A stretch of DNA of 64,000 nt from positions 82,524,001 to 82,588,000 of the forward strand of contig NC_087437.1 in assembly GCF_036321535.1 (NCBI RefSeq), written 5' to 3'. This DNA comes from Camelus dromedarius. Its lineage: Eukaryota. How positions within the stretch are numbered: the stretch's first letter is position 1; each line of letters opens with the position of its first letter. This document shows positions 37,846-51,404 of this stretch, one piece after another. Both the position numbers and the translations under genes were made by a program. The notes under the pieces are model-generated. The model searched no databases and was not told the origin of the DNA. It was given only the letters and a program-made list of their open reading frames with translations.

Positions 37846-39009
37846 CAACCTACATAATGGACTTTAGGGAAGCATTTACTTTCATAGAAAGTGGAAATAG
37901 TCCCTTATTCCTTTGAATTGCCTTGGACATCGCCTAAATGTCTGTCATGAGGTGAGAACCATGTAGGTTCTCAATTTGACATGCTGATAATATTACCATC
38001 TGAGTGTCCTCTGGAAAGTCTGAGAATAAAATGTCTAGACTGATTTTTCAATCCAGAAGCTCAGACTTCAAGAAACTTGGGGCAGTCACAGCAGCCTGAG
38101 GTAAAACCAGCTGGGACATGCATAGTCACACTGTGTCCATCAGATTATACAGCAATTCCAGCTTGTTCTCTTTCCTGCCAAAATAAGAATCAATTCATTT
38201 TTTCCCATGCTACCTTCTCACCAAAACCTTTCTTTTTCCAGTTTTTTTTTTCTTCATCTGTCATGGTTCTATTTTCAACCAAATTTCTTCCCTTTTCCTC
38301 TGTTGCTGAATTTTTGGCTAGATTTTGGAATATAGTTATTCTTTACAACTTTACTTTCTTTTTGACTCTGGGCAGATCAGACTAGATACTTATCTTTGAC
38401 TGTTTGATTCATTCCTGCCATAGACAAGTACTAAGCACTCACTGAACATAATATACAAAACAAATGGGAGATGAAGGTGACTCTATCGCACAGCTTCAGC
38501 CAGTTACCACCCACATAGTGGTCCTGCTAGAAGTTGGAGGTAAGAACTTAGGCATCTGTTCTGCTGAAATTGACTTTGGTATTCCTGCCCTCCAAATTCT
38601 AAACCAAGGAGCCTTGATATACTTAAACAGAGAATTGCTAAGTAACCCTGGTGGTCATAGTGGAGCCTTTACATTTTAAAGGGGTGCCCTGTCTGAGGAC
38701 CAGACTGGCATGGAAGTAGATACTACCTTTGGTGTTACAGCTATGCTCATCATGCTCAGAGTGACAGTCTGCAGGCTCTGCCAAGAAGGCAGTAGGCCAA
38801 CTTAACAATAAAGCAAGCAGCCGATATCAAGGACCATGAAGTGCAAACCACAGAGAAAGGCAGCTATACCTAGTGAGGGTAGGCTCCAACCATGAGGCTG
38901 AGGGGTTCCTCTGGTGGAGAATGGGAAACCAAGAAAAATCTCCTGGGAGACATGCAAAGATGTCCAAAGACAAGGGTATCTGGGGCTACCAAAGAGTTTG
39001 AAGGAGATT

Positions 39010-39737
39010 CCTAAATCTTTTGATTTCTTCTGCTTCTATTTTTTTACAAACTCTGTAAGAGTCCCAGCCACCATGACCTCTGAACTATAACAATAGAATC
39101 CTAGTTGGTCTCTTCTCTCCCCCTCCAGTCTTTTCTCCAACTTGTAACCAAAGTGATTCTTTAAATAATCCAACCAATCACACAACTTTGATCATGTAAC
39201 ATATACTATTCACCCTCCTTCAATATTTGTCCATTTTAAGGTGAAGCAGAATTCCTAAGAGATCCTTCATGGTGGAAATTTTAACACTATACTTTCAGCC
39301 CCAGTTTCCACTGACTCTCCTGTGTTCTCTCCAGTCTCACCACCAAACTGGCCTCCTTTCAGCCCTATTACTCACCAAACCTATTGATAAACGATTACTT
39401 TGGCTAGAGTGTGTCTTCTTTCCATCTGGACTTGTCAACCCCTACTCAACCCTACGTTTTAGCTCAAGTTTATCTTCCATGGAGAAGATTTTCATAACTC
39501 CCCAGCTCACTAAAATCTCCTAGATAAGGTTTCCATGCACCTCTCCTTGATAACATTTATCATGACTAATTTTACTTCTCTTTGTGTGATCATTTGATAA
39601 ATGTCTGTCACCCCTACTAGTCTGTAATATCCATGAGGGCAAGAATGGTGTTTGAAGGAACCTTTGTGTTTCAAGTGCTCAGCACAGAGCCTGGCAGATA
39701 GTGGTCACTAAAAATCTGCTGAATAAGTGAATAAGTG
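39010..39737 (+). mobile_element. L2 3' region
   Basis: CCTAGTTGGTCTC; CCAAAGTGATTCTTTAAA; CCATGAGGGCAAGAA; AGCACAGAGCCTGGCAGATAGTGG...TGCTGAATAAGTGAAT. Confidence 0.8.
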
Positions 39738-42700
39738 GGAACAGCCTGCTTCTAGTTGTTTTTTCAGTGAACTTTTGTTGTGCTTTTAGTCCTTGGCCCA
39801 TAGAAGCTCTTGGATCTCCAAATTTCTTGGTAAAGGATCAAGCCAAATTAGGTGGGAATGCTGTGCAATAGAGGGCTCTGTACCCTGAGTGACTGTGAGT
39901 CCAAACTGAAGACAGGAGTAGACAACCTTCCACCACCATAGGGTCCCCCACAGACTTCAAGTTTGAAAAGATTTATGTGTGCCACCAAACTCACCACATG
40001 TATTGAGTAATAATTCATTTGTTTTCTTTTTTTCTTTCAAAGACCCCAAAATAGCCAGCTGGGGCTCTTAGTTGGTGTAATACCACAGTGTTACTGTACT
40101 ATGTTGAGATTCTTGCAAACCAAAACAGTGATGTAAAAATATCCGATTCGTGTGTGACTTCAAATTTTATTAGAAGTAACTGTGGGCTTTTATTTTTGTG
40201 TTTGGAGGATTTCTAGAAGTCTCAGGACCTCAGGTCTGGAACCACTGCACTAAATCCCATCAAGATAGGACAATAGAACTGTAAGAGGGAGCCCTTCCTC
40301 TCTGATCTGTGATTGCTGTGTGCCTCTGACAGGATTGTGACCTGGAATATTTGGTAATACAGACTGCAGTTAGCCAAGTCATTTGTGAAAGGCTATAGAT
40401 TGATGGGATGTTTTAGGCAGAAGCACCCAGTTGAGGATGAAGCAGACAGTGGCCCATGCCTTCACCAAGAAGACATTTTTAAAAACCTCGGCATGGGGAA
40501 GCTTACCTTTTTCTTAGTTATAAACTGGTATTGCAACAGAGGGTTACATTTAGTAATAATTCCAGACATGCATGGCTGGTTTCTTAAAGCCAAATAAGTA
40601 TTTAGATAATAGAAGGAACAAAAGGTCAGGCACAGGCCTGCCAAAGCTTGACGGTGATTCCTGTTTTCAGGAAAAGAAACAGTGATTTCCTTTGTTTGGC
40701 TTTGAGACAATATCTTCAAAGTCTTCACTTACTATAAAGTAATAGCATATCATCTGCATGGAACATGAGGAAATAATTAAAACTTGAGCCTAACTTACAT
40801 TACAGCAGTTGGGTGATGACAAATGAAATTTTCTGTATGAAAGTGCTTTGAGCTTCCAGGAGGAAGGTTCTACTACAAAACCTAAAGAATGCTCACTGTA
40901 GGTGTTCCAAAGTAGAAATTACATTTAAATCACACATACCCTCTTTTCATGAAATCTGAAGCAAATTCTAGTTGGAAATTGAGCAGATTCAAAGCGATCG
41001 GGGAAACATCGCTATAGGCACTCTATAAAAGGCTGGTATGACAGGTAGGCCTAAAAATCTTATGCTGACTACAGTGAAAACTGAGACTGGCTGAGAGGTT
41101 CATTTAAGGTGAGTCAACAGTAAAATTCCTCTGCTCAGATTCTTTTTGAATTAAGTGAAAAATAGCGCTATTATACTTGTCTCAGAAACGACCTTTAATA
41201 CTATTCTCCTGGACCATTCAAGCTACACCCACCACTAAATTGCTCTTTAAAACCACTAAACTGCAGTCTCGTCTAAAGGTTAATGATGCAAACCCATAGC
41301 ATAACATTCATAAACAAACAGTTTCAGACAAAGAATAAATCTTAACCAGCAAGCAGAAATAATATTTATGATATTATTGTAAGTGTATGGAGCACAAGTA
41401 ACAAAAGATACCCTTCACTTTATAGTAAGACCAATTGAGGAAGAGCTGTGTTATGACTCAGAACTGACTTTTCCTTTAATCTGATAGACATTAGAGATGG
41501 TGCCAGCACTTTTTATAATGAAGTTTGTCATCTGCTGATAGCTGTAGAGAGAGTGTTTTGAAATAGCCCTTCTTTGTTCTTTGGGAAATGGAAATGGAAA
41601 CAGTGAGGGGGGAGGGAAGAACTACCCCCACCCCCTCACTTCAGATCACACCAAACCTGGACTTCCAGCACAGAAGCCAATGCAGGAGCCACTTCTGGCC
41701 AGAGGATTGATGAGGCAGGAGTGAAATGAGAAGCCCAAGGGAGGCTGCAGCTTCTAGGATCTGTGCCAACTCTCTCCAACCACCGTGTTTCCAATGATTA
41801 AGGGACACTTGGGCACCATGGCTCTGGAATGTAAAATGAAGAGTTACCAGCCTAGTTGCAGCTCTTTGGTAATAGTTTTGGTTGGACTTTCTGAATATCG
41901 ATGACAGAAAATAATCACCCAGAAGGCCCTTATTAAAGCATGTCCTACTTTCCAAACATTGTGAGGCTTTAATGGCCAAAATAGAAGATATTTTTCTTCT
42001 TGATTCCTGCCAGTCCTCCAGAAAGAAGGACCACTGAGGCAAGAAGCTTATGTGGACCCCTGTTTTTCCTAATTTGTATCAAAGCCCCGTATACTGTAAA
42101 AGTGAAGATGGAAGGGAACTAAGAAATGGCGAAGTGGCCTCTGGGAATTTTTCATGGGGGGTCAAAATGTATACGTATACAAATGACCAGAGAAAAAAAG
42201 GAAAGGAAAAATAGGGAAATGTTCATGATCATCTGGAATGTATTTCCCAGAGATTAAGCAGGAGTCCTGCCCACATAGAACCTTTCAGGGTGTGGACATA
42301 AGCAGGCATTAGTTTAGGAAGGAAACAGAAGCTTACCTGTTCCCCGGTGATTTACATGAATGAATAACCCAAAACAAACTAGCAATTTAAAAAATAGCCA
42401 AAAGCTGCATTCACATTTGTCTGGGAATTCATGTTGGAGAATGGCCTTTTGGAATTGTAACAATGAAATGTTAACATTGTGATCATTTTAATCATCATTC
42501 ATAAATCTTGAACAGTTTTGCCAAAGTAAATATATTTGCTTCGGGTTAAGATGTACCAATTTTGTACTTGGAAATACTGTTTTCCTTTTTTCAAAAAGCC
42601 AGATAATCAACACACAGGAATTTGAACATAACAAAGCGTACCCTGGGCTTTGGGTTCAAAACTAGTTGATATTTAAAATGATGGATTTAAACCTCCCAGA

Positions 42701-42739
42701 TTTAACAAATGTTGACATATTGCCATATTTGTTTCCATA

Positions 42740-44470
42740 TTAATAGAAAGAAAATGTGTAGCTGAGGCTGATGCCTCCCTCCCATGCCATTCCCCTCCCT
42801 CTTTTCCTAAAGAAAACTGTGAGGCCATGGAATCTGGCACCCTGCCAAGAGACGCCAGCTGTGTACTGTAGAATTCTAGTTGCACAATAGGGCAGCCCAA
42901 TACCCATTAGGTAGAGTATCCACCTTTGTTTTTGACCATTCGCTATAGGTGTTTGTATCTTTACACAATATTGAGTATGCTTTTAGTGCTTTGAAAATGT
43001 TTACAAAGACACAAAACTATGCATCTCCTTCTACATCTTGCATTGTTTTTAATTACAATGGAATTGGTGATTGCCTTCCCATTAACTATTTCCACCCTAT
43101 TCCTCACTAACAGAACCCCATTTTTTTTTTTTGAACTTTCCATTCCTTAGGAAAGAAGAACTTATTCCTCTATCAAGGGTAGATATCAATTAGTATAAGC
43201 AATCATGGTAATCTTATCCTTCTCAGTGAGTGGGCTATGCAGGGCAATGTGACATAATTCTAGTGAATGAAATAAGCAGAATACAGCTGGGAAGTGTCTA
43301 GGAAAGATCTCTTGTTCTTGAAAACACAGAAAGAAATGATTTCCTCTTCTGCTGGATGCTGTCATACCTGGGTGTGACACCTAGAACTGGGCAGCCAGCC
43401 ATCTTGCTAATTTGAGGAACCTTCCTGAAGATATGTCCATATATATAATGATGATGGCAGAGCAGAAACAGGCAAAACAGAAGCGATATTAACCGGTCTT
43501 CAGCCGATTTTTAACATGAGCTTATTTTTATGTGAGCAAATGCATTTCTTTTTTCTATAAGCCACATTGATTATATTTTTATTCCTTTCAGCATATGCTT
43601 TTTTCAATGTTGAGAAATACAGGTTTTCTTTAATCTTTTAATTTGCCAAATAGTTCCACTGTATGAATATTTATCCATTCCCCTATTAATGGACATTTAG
43701 AACATTATAAGTTTTTTTGCTATTGTAACAGTGTTGCATCAAAAGCCTAGCTCAGGTCTCTCATGAGTATTATATATGTGGAATTGTTGGGTTATATACA
43801 TAGGCTATGTACATTTTCACTTGTATTATATATTTCCAAATTGTCCTCCAGAGAGCTTGAAACAAGTCATGCCTCTGCAGCAATTTATAGGTGCATCCAG
43901 CCAACATCATTGCCCTTTCAAATTTTTAAGTTTTAACATTTTCAGACTTTCAGATTTTGCCTTCGTGATGCAGTGGAGTCTTCTTGTTGCTTTTATTTCC
44001 ATTTCCATGTTTACCAAAGAGGTTGAGAAACTTTCGATGTGTTTGTTAGCCATTGAGGCTTCCTCTTTAAAATTAATTATGTATTTAGGTCATTTATATA
44101 TTTTTCCATTTGATTGTTTGGTTTTTGTTCATTTTTAGACTTCTTTTTAATGTCTGAACTTCAGTGCTTAATCAGTTATAGGCATTATAAATATCTTCTC
44201 CCAGAGTATTACTTGCATTTTATTAATGGTATATCTTGTGATACAGGCATTTTATACTTGAATGTAGTCAAATTTATCAATTTTTTCATTTACAGCTTAG
44301 AATTTGTATGTTGTCTTTAAAAATTCTTTCCTAACTGAAGTCATAATGATATAACCCTAAATTCTCTTAAAAATAATCAAGTTTTGCTTTTCACATTTAG
44401 ATTTTTAGTATATCTAGTCATCTTTGTTTTGTTCCTGACTTTAATGAGGTGGAGATTTCTAACGTTTCTT
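42740..44470 (-). mobile_element. Old L1ME fragments interrupted by an MLT1J/K LTR
   Basis: TTTATCCATTCCCCTATTAATGGACATTTAG; GAGGTTGAGAAACTTT; AATGTAGTCAAATTTATCAATTTTT. Confidence 0.65.
43058..43595 (+). mobile_element. MLT1J/K-like MaLR LTR
   Basis: CCTCACTAACAGAACCCC; ATGTGACATAATTCTAG; CTAGAACTGGGCAGCCAGCCATCTTG. Confidence 0.7.
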
Positions 44471-44474
44471 CTGA

Positions 44475-45075
44475 ACTAAATCAACATCACACTAGGTATT
44501 TTAAGAAGGGAAATTAATATAGAGAATCGGTTAAAAAGGTGTTGAAGGAGTGAAAGAACAAAAGAGGAACACTTTTTTTTTTAAATCCCAGAGACAATTT
44601 AAGGAAGTAGATACTAGCCTTAGGTCTGGGAGAAAAGAAGGGAAGTGTTGGGATAACCATATCCTAGAAACTCAGAGGAATCACTTGCAAAGTGTGTGCT
44701 CAGATCTTTAAGAAAGGAATCCCACCTGTCTGCTACTAGGACTTTTGATGGACTTGATGAGGCTGGCACTGGGAGTACTGAAAGAAGTAGAAACTGGAGT
44801 GAGTTAACCCTGCTGGGCTGAACGGCTGCTGCCTGGGTGAATTGCTACTGCTAGGGCAATGTAATAGAAAAATAAGAAAAAGGATCAAAGTTCTCTCCCC
44901 TTTCCACATTCCAATCTGCCTCTATTATCTCCCACTGGCAGAACCTAAGGGGAAGCCAGGTAGCAAAGTAATCTGGAAAATGTAGATTGCATTTTCCTAG
45001 TTACCAATGTACTGAGCAGAGTATAGAAGAATGCATTTGAATCTAAGGCACAACTTAGGTAAATAAATAGCCCAT
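44475..45075 (-). mobile_element. LTR33/LTR41-like ERVL LTR
   Basis: CTCCCACTGGCAGAACCTAAGGGGAAGCCAGGTAGCAAAGTAATCTGGAAAATGTAG motif. Confidence 0.65.
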
Positions 45076-45199
45076 TAGTGGTGTCCACAGTGGCTATATG
45101 CACCCAAGGGGACATGCAATTTGTTTCACTGGAGCTGGGGAGGGAAAAGAAATTCAATTTTCCTGATATTTAACAAGACTAATTAATTTAGAGCTTTCA

Positions 45200-46665
45200 A
45201 CTTTCACACTGGTGTCCCCACTCAACCTACATAAGCATTCTTGAATTCAAAGTAAGCTAAACACTTCTATCAAAAGACCTGTATTCTAAAGTTGACCTTT
45301 GATAGGATAACAGGTTATTGTTGTTAGTATGCTGCCTCTCAGATATTTTCTTAAAAATAAACACCATTAATTTGATAAAGGTGACATTTTAGCAACAAGA
45401 GAGAAACAGCTTTTCAAAAGAAGACTCTTATAGAAATAGAATTTGGGGGGAAATATTCCTAATATTTGGTTACTTTTGGGCAAAATTGATAACTATCAAA
45501 AGTCTCATCTACACAAACTGTCGACTGAAATAAATACGCAGCCTTAAAGTTGAGAGTTATGTTTTATTTGGTGGGAGGACTTGAACCGGGATGACAGCCT
45601 CTCAGATCGCTCTGAGGGACTGCTTCCAAGAGGTAGAGGAGGAGCTAGGATATATAGGAGCTTTACAACAAATACCAGGTAGTTGGAACAATAAAAGATT
45701 ACTTGTTATCTAAAGAAAACCAGGCATCTCAAGTTAAAGAATTTAGTGCTTTTCTATTTATGGGTGGAAGCAAACATTTGGGCTCATTGAATTCATTCCT
45801 TTGACATGTATCTAGCTATCTAGGGCCAGTATCTCGTCCTTTTTTATTCTGAGTCCCCTCAGGGTGCACCATTGTCAGTGGCTGCTAGGGCTGGGCTGCA
45901 GGCTTGTCTTCACAGAATAGGGTGGGGGCAAGGCAGTGGCTGATGACTTGATGGCTTCAGCATTCTTTGTTTACTGATACGATTTGCAGTATTTTTCCTT
46001 CACAAACAATACTCTTGAATAAGAATACTTTAGTCAAAACATTTTCCAGATGAAAGATTCTAGTGTATTTTGACAACTTGTCATTTTCTGAAAATATAAA
46101 ACTAGACTAACTTCCCATTATTTTTTAGGACCAATGGATTGACATTAGAGAATATAAAACTTTACTAGCTGAATTTGTCAAAAACCATTCATAATTGGTG
46201 GATGAGACTGAAAAATGACTCTCAAGACTTAAATACAACCAGGGAAACACTTTTTCCATTTTGACCTATGGGCTGTTTTTAGCAATTTAAAAACTAAAGC
46301 AGCTATTAGCACCAAGTGTAAAATAAGCTGAACCTAAAACCAGATTTTTTAAATCACTATAGCATAATATATTAAACTAAGATTTTATATTAAGAAAGAA
46401 TATTTTCTCTCAACAAAAAACATTAAATGAAAGCAGAGCACTTTTATATTGTTAGTAAATAAAATAATATAAAATATTGATTTCATTTTTGTCTTATTTT
46501 TAATTTCTCTTGCTTATAAATTAAATTTAAACATATTAGTTCAGTAATATGTAGATATAATTTGTGAACAAATATATCATAGTGGGTCTGTATGAGCAAA
46601 TCTGGTTCTTTTCAATTTAATGAAGTATGTGGTGGGATGTATAACCAAAACTATTTGGAGAGAAC
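45200..46665 (+). mobile_element. Charlie7-like hAT transposon 3' part (decayed transposase), split by an LTR
   Basis: TTACTAGCTGAATTT..CATAATTGGTGGATGAGACTGAAAAATGA; CACCAAGTGTAAAATAAGCTGAACCTAAAACCAGA (hAT dimerisation-domain region); TTTGGAGAGAACTG terminus. Confidence 0.65.
45519..46004 (-). mobile_element. ERV1 (MER4-group-like) solo LTR
   Basis: TGTCGAC...TTCACA termini; antisense TTTATT and TATATA; flanking direct repeat (CAC)AAAC on both sides. Confidence 0.85.
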
Positions 46666-47060
46666 TGTTAAAAGATGAACTGAGGCTTATTAAAAATGTT
46701 GAATTAATTTGTGCAAAAATTGATTCGAATCGGCAGCATCCAGTCTAGCAGACAGAAGGACACCTTGAGGAGCTGTACAAAATGGAAGACGTTTATAGCC
46801 AAAACAGAGCAGGAACAAGGAAGTTAAACTAAGCAACAAAGCAAGCTGGTTACTGCAATATCACTTTCCTTTAGGCGATGGCAGAAGTCTGTCAGGCAGA
46901 TGACCTAACTAGTTCTAATCTCGCAGTTCCTGATTGACTGATTTAAGATTTTATTTCAAGAGGAGCTTAATTACAATTTAACTGTAATTAAGTCTTGGTT
47001 TAGAAATATTGGGCTAAGAATAAGCCACTCCATTTTGGGCCTATTGTCTTATTTTTAACA
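46666..47060 (-). mobile_element. ERV1 solo LTR, sharing its U5 end with the LTR at 37063
   Basis: TGTTAAAA...TTTTAACA termini; TGTTAAAAGATGAACTGAGGCTTATT versus TGTTAAAAGATAAACTAAGGTATATT at 37063. Confidence 0.78.
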
Positions 47061-47259
47061 CTATTCATCCAAGCAGTTGTGATGTTATACGTGTTTCAGC
47101 TCCTAAATCTAAATTATGCAGTATTCTCAGGGCTATCCCAAAATATGTAGACTGAGAGTTTAAAAGCTTCTATTTCTTAAAAAGTTGTGGCATGTAACAA
47201 GTTTCAATTGTTTTAGGACCAAATACTCTATAAACGTTTTTATAGTGTGAAGTACTTTG

Positions 47260-48308
47260 TTCTTTTTTTTTTTTAATTGAAGTACAGTGACAGTGTGTCA
47301 ATTTCTGGTGCACAGCACAATGTCCCAGTCATGCATATACGTACATATATTCATTTTCATATTCTTTTTCATTATAGGTTACTGTAAGATATTGAATTCA
47401 ATTCCCTGTGCTATACAGAAGCTTTTTAAATCTATTTTTATATATTGTGGCTAACATTTGTAAATCTCAAACTCCCAAATTTATCCCTTCCCCATGTAAC
47501 TGTAAGATTGTTTACTGTGTGAGTCTGTTTCTGTTTTGTAGATGAGTTCCTTAATGTCCTCTTTTTTTCTTTTTTGATTCCACATATAAGTGATATTTAT
47601 ATGGTATTTTTCTTATCTCTTTCTGGCTTATGTAACTTAGAATGACAATCTCTAGGTCCATCCCATGTTCCTGCAAATAGCATTATTTTATTCTTCTTTA
47701 TGGCTGAGTAGTATTCCATTGAGTAAATATACAACTTCTTTATGCAGTCATCTGTCAATGGACATTTAGGTTGTTTCCATGTCTTGGCTATTGTGTATAA
47801 TGCTGCTGTGAACATTGGGGTGCATGTACTTTTTCAAATTAGAGTTCCTTCCAGATAGATGCCCAGAAGTGGGATTGCTGGATCATATGGTAAGTCGGTT
47901 TTTAGTTTTTTGAGGAATCTCCATGTTATTTTCCATAATGGCTGCATGAAACTACATTCCCACCAGCAGTGTAGGAGGGTTCCCTTTTCTCCACACCCTC
48001 TCCAGCATTTATCTTTGTGGACTTTTGAATGATGGCCATTCTGACTGATGTGAGGTGATACCTCATTGTCATTTTGATTTGCATTTCTTTGATAATTAGC
48101 GATATTGAGCATTTTATCATGTGCCTATTGGCCATTTGTATGTTTTCATTGGAGAATTTCTTTAGATCTTCTGCCCATTTTTGGATTGGGTTGTTTGTTT
48201 TCTTGTTAAGTTGTATAAGCTGTTTATATATTCTGGAAATTAAACCTTTGTCAGTCACATCATTTGCAGATATTTTCTCCCATTTTGTAGATTGTTTTTT
48301 TGTTTTGC
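47260..48308 (-). mobile_element. Young lineage-specific L1, 5'-truncated
   Basis: ORF2 C-terminal ORFs 47597..48348; perfect 17-bp direct repeat TAGTGTGAAGTACTTTG at 47243-47259 and 48309-48325. Confidence 0.96.
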
Positions 48309-48559
48309 TAGTGTGAAGTACTTTGATGAATGAGTGACTGACATCCAACCACTAGTTTTTCATCCTTTATAAAATCTGTCATGGTCTAGATGGTTTTCTA
48401 GATTTCTGTTTTAAATATATGCATAATTTAGTTCACAGAGATTATGTAACTTTCTAAAAGTCAAACTCCAATCTACTAGCAGAATATGTATTTGACTTCA
48501 CATTATTTTCGTGTTTCCTACTTAATTGCATATTTGTTCATAAGTAGCTATCCAGACAT

Positions 48560-48655
48560 AGTCATAACCTATTTAGGCTTCAGTCTCCTCATTTGTGCAG
48601 CAAAGAGGTTGGCAGAGATTTCAAAGGACCCTTTCAAACTTCAAATTTTTGATAC
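48560..48655 (+). mobile_element. MIR3-like fragment
   Basis: GGCTTCAGTCTCCTCATTTGT...AAAGGACCCTTTCAAACTTCAAATT. Confidence 0.5.
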
Positions 48656-50119
48656 TACATAGAATACTAATCTAGAATAGGGCTTCTCAAACTATTTCAT
48701 TAAATTTCAGAATCCCAGGGAGCTGACTTTTAGACTTTTAGTTGCTGTCAGTGTTCCCAGGACCTGTAATAGATGCATAGATTTTCTCCTGGTCCAGTTG
48801 AAAAGACATGCCAAAGCGAGACTCCACCACTGTTGTCGGGGCTAGGAGAGGAACTCGTAAGGCTGATCTCTGAGTCTTGAGAAATTGTTTCACAGCCCTA
48901 GGATGCCATTTGGGGTGGGCAGCATGTAGACCTATCCTGTGCATTGTAGTCTCTGCTCACTTCCTTCTGTTTCATCTGCACATCATTTTGTCATCTTGTC
49001 TCTTCCCTCTACCATCCTCAGATTGTCTTCTGTTTTAAGGCTTGTACACCGGAAGGGTATAGATCTAGTCTTCCTTCCTGTCTTTCTCCTCAGACTCAAA
49101 ATACCTCTAAGGGTTCTTTGAAAGAAAAATAACATGACCGTTTAGGATGTGTTTGTTTTGTGTCTGCTCCACCAGCAGCCGGCACTGGCCCAATCCTGCA
49201 ATGAGTCTTTGGAGTCTAAAGCATGAAAAACAGCCCATAAGAATTTCAGAGACTCATAAAGTTTGTAAACTAATGATCTAGGCCTTTCATTTTCTTTGGA
49301 AAGGTGGCAACCCAAAGTTGCATGGAGCCAAAAGGAATTTTTAAGACACACACAAAAAAATGCCTTTATTCAGGCTTCATTCCTTGAAATGTTAGACAAC
49401 TTGTCACTCTCCAGTAAAAAAAAAAAAAAAATCAAAAAGACCTCTGTGTATGGGATGAAATGGCCTTCATAGAGTAAAAATAAGACAATCTAATCCATCA
49501 CGGGATAGAATGACACCTAGGAGGCAATGGAGGAAGACATCTGCTGTGAGGGGAGACTGCATTGAATGGGGACAGGGCCAGAAAGACAAAGGAGAAACGA
49601 CTCACTGGGGAGTGGTTAGAAGTCCTTTCCTCTCCTGTGTGATACAGTGGAAAAACCCAGAAGCACCAAGAGCTCAGGAGACAGATTTAGACTGTCTATA
49701 AAAGAAATAAAGAAGGAGCATCAAGCTAGAACCAGCTCTGGGACAGCCTAGGCAATCAACCATGGTCTGCTCCCAAATATCTCACCCCATTGTCTTGGTA
49801 CTTGAAATGTCTGCTATCTATTAGTCACTCTTTTGGGTGGTGATGTTATCTGTAGTTTGCAAATGTTAGAAATTACATTAATTAAAAGGGGAGAAAGAAA
49901 GGAAGTTTTAAACAGAAAAGCCTACATTAATTTTTCAAGTTATTTGCCACTTTGGAGATCTAAGAGTGAAGTCCTAGGAGAATCTAGTACAGGAAGGTGT
50001 ATTTCAATGGAGCCACTCTGTCACCTATTAAAATATAATCTGAATTCTCATATCGCTTATCACTCTCTGGCAGTTTTCCTTTTTCCCCTTTTTATTCTTG
50101 TCCTTTATTCTTGCCTCCT

Positions 50120-50255
50120 TCTGTGAGTATCCACAAACACAGAAGCATGTCTTGTTTCCCACTTCATACCCAGCACCTGGCACACTGCTGAGCGCATGAT
50201 AAGCCCCAAAGAAATATTTGTTAAATAACTGATGGGCGAATAAACGAATGAATGA
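50120..50255 (+). mobile_element. L2 3' end fragment
   Basis: CCCAGCACCTGGCACACTGC...AAATATTTGTTAAAT...GAATGAATGA. Confidence 0.65.
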
Positions 50256-51404
50256 CGCAAGGAAAGAATAATGTGGGAAAGATCTAGAGATGTGTGTTTG
50301 TGAATGTTTGAAAAAGATAAGCTGAAGTAAGGTGTTGGGAACATGGGAAAGAAGAGAAAAGTGAGGAATCTGAATGAATGGGTACCTTAAGTCAGAAGAG
50401 AAAGAGGGTTAGCAAAAATAAATTCCCCATTTTCCCCAGTAGCAGCCCTGGAAATAAATATACTGACTATGCCCTCATCTAGAGGTGGGAGAAGGGACTA
50501 TTACTATATTTCAAAACTATTGAAAAACCCTTGGAATGAGGCATGAGCAGGGCCACTTCTGTATTTGGCCTGGGCCTCTACCAAAAATATCCCAGTTGCT
50601 TTGTAAGAAATGTTATAGAACTGGGTGCACTGAAATGCCTGTTTTTAATTTACAGAAATAACAACCATTTTACCTAACTCCATGGTGGTCCTTATTAAGC
50701 AAGTGCAAGCATTGAACGCTAGTGAAGCCCTGTCTACGAGCCTTGGTGGGGCTATTCATGACTGATTCCAGAGTTCCTATGATAAATCTGATATTACCCA
50801 AAAACAAGATGAAGACCCAACACTTATCCTGCATTTTTTTAAGGGAAATTCTGTGTTTCTATCCATACTTTTTCCTCTTCAGAATTTAACCTTTGCTAGT
50901 TCTGTGTTTCTAGGCTGATTGGTCTCAACCTAAGTTTAAGTGCTTTGGTCATCCAGGAATATTACCTAATATTTTGTGGAGAAAATTTTTAAGAAAGGAG
51001 AAACTATTATTCATAGGGTTGGGACCTACTTAAGGGCCAAACTCCTTTTTTGTGTGTATTGTCATCACATTTTTCAAGATTATTAGTTGGGTATTGTGAT
51101 TACTACAGTTTGGAAAAGTCAAGTTCTCTATGTTTATTATACAGTATGTAAGATAGATGTTCATTCTTAGGAGACTGAACTTTTTCTCCTTTGAAGGCTC
51201 ATGACTAGTTTCAGTATTTCAAAAGGCACTTCACTAGCAAGTCTTCCCTTTTGCTCATACTTCAGATTATATATTTCAATATTAACTAGAAGAAATATAA
51301 GTTTTAGGGTATAACTGTCAAGTGAGTAATTTTCTGGAATAGATTAAATTCTACTCAAAATGTTTTGTTCATTCCATGGCAGTGCCACAGATACTGTATC
51401 AAGT

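Noticed and set aside
38423..38545. Possible exon ending at GAG|GTAAGA
   Set aside because: Good donor but weak acceptor and no recognisable peptide; insufficient support.
41641..42042. 133-aa ORF in unique sequence
   Set aside because: Non-ATG start, no recognisable domain or exon structure; length is compatible with chance.
48798..48862. Possible small exon, CCAG|TTGAAAAG...CTC|GTAAGG
   Set aside because: Weak donor context and an unrecognised peptide.
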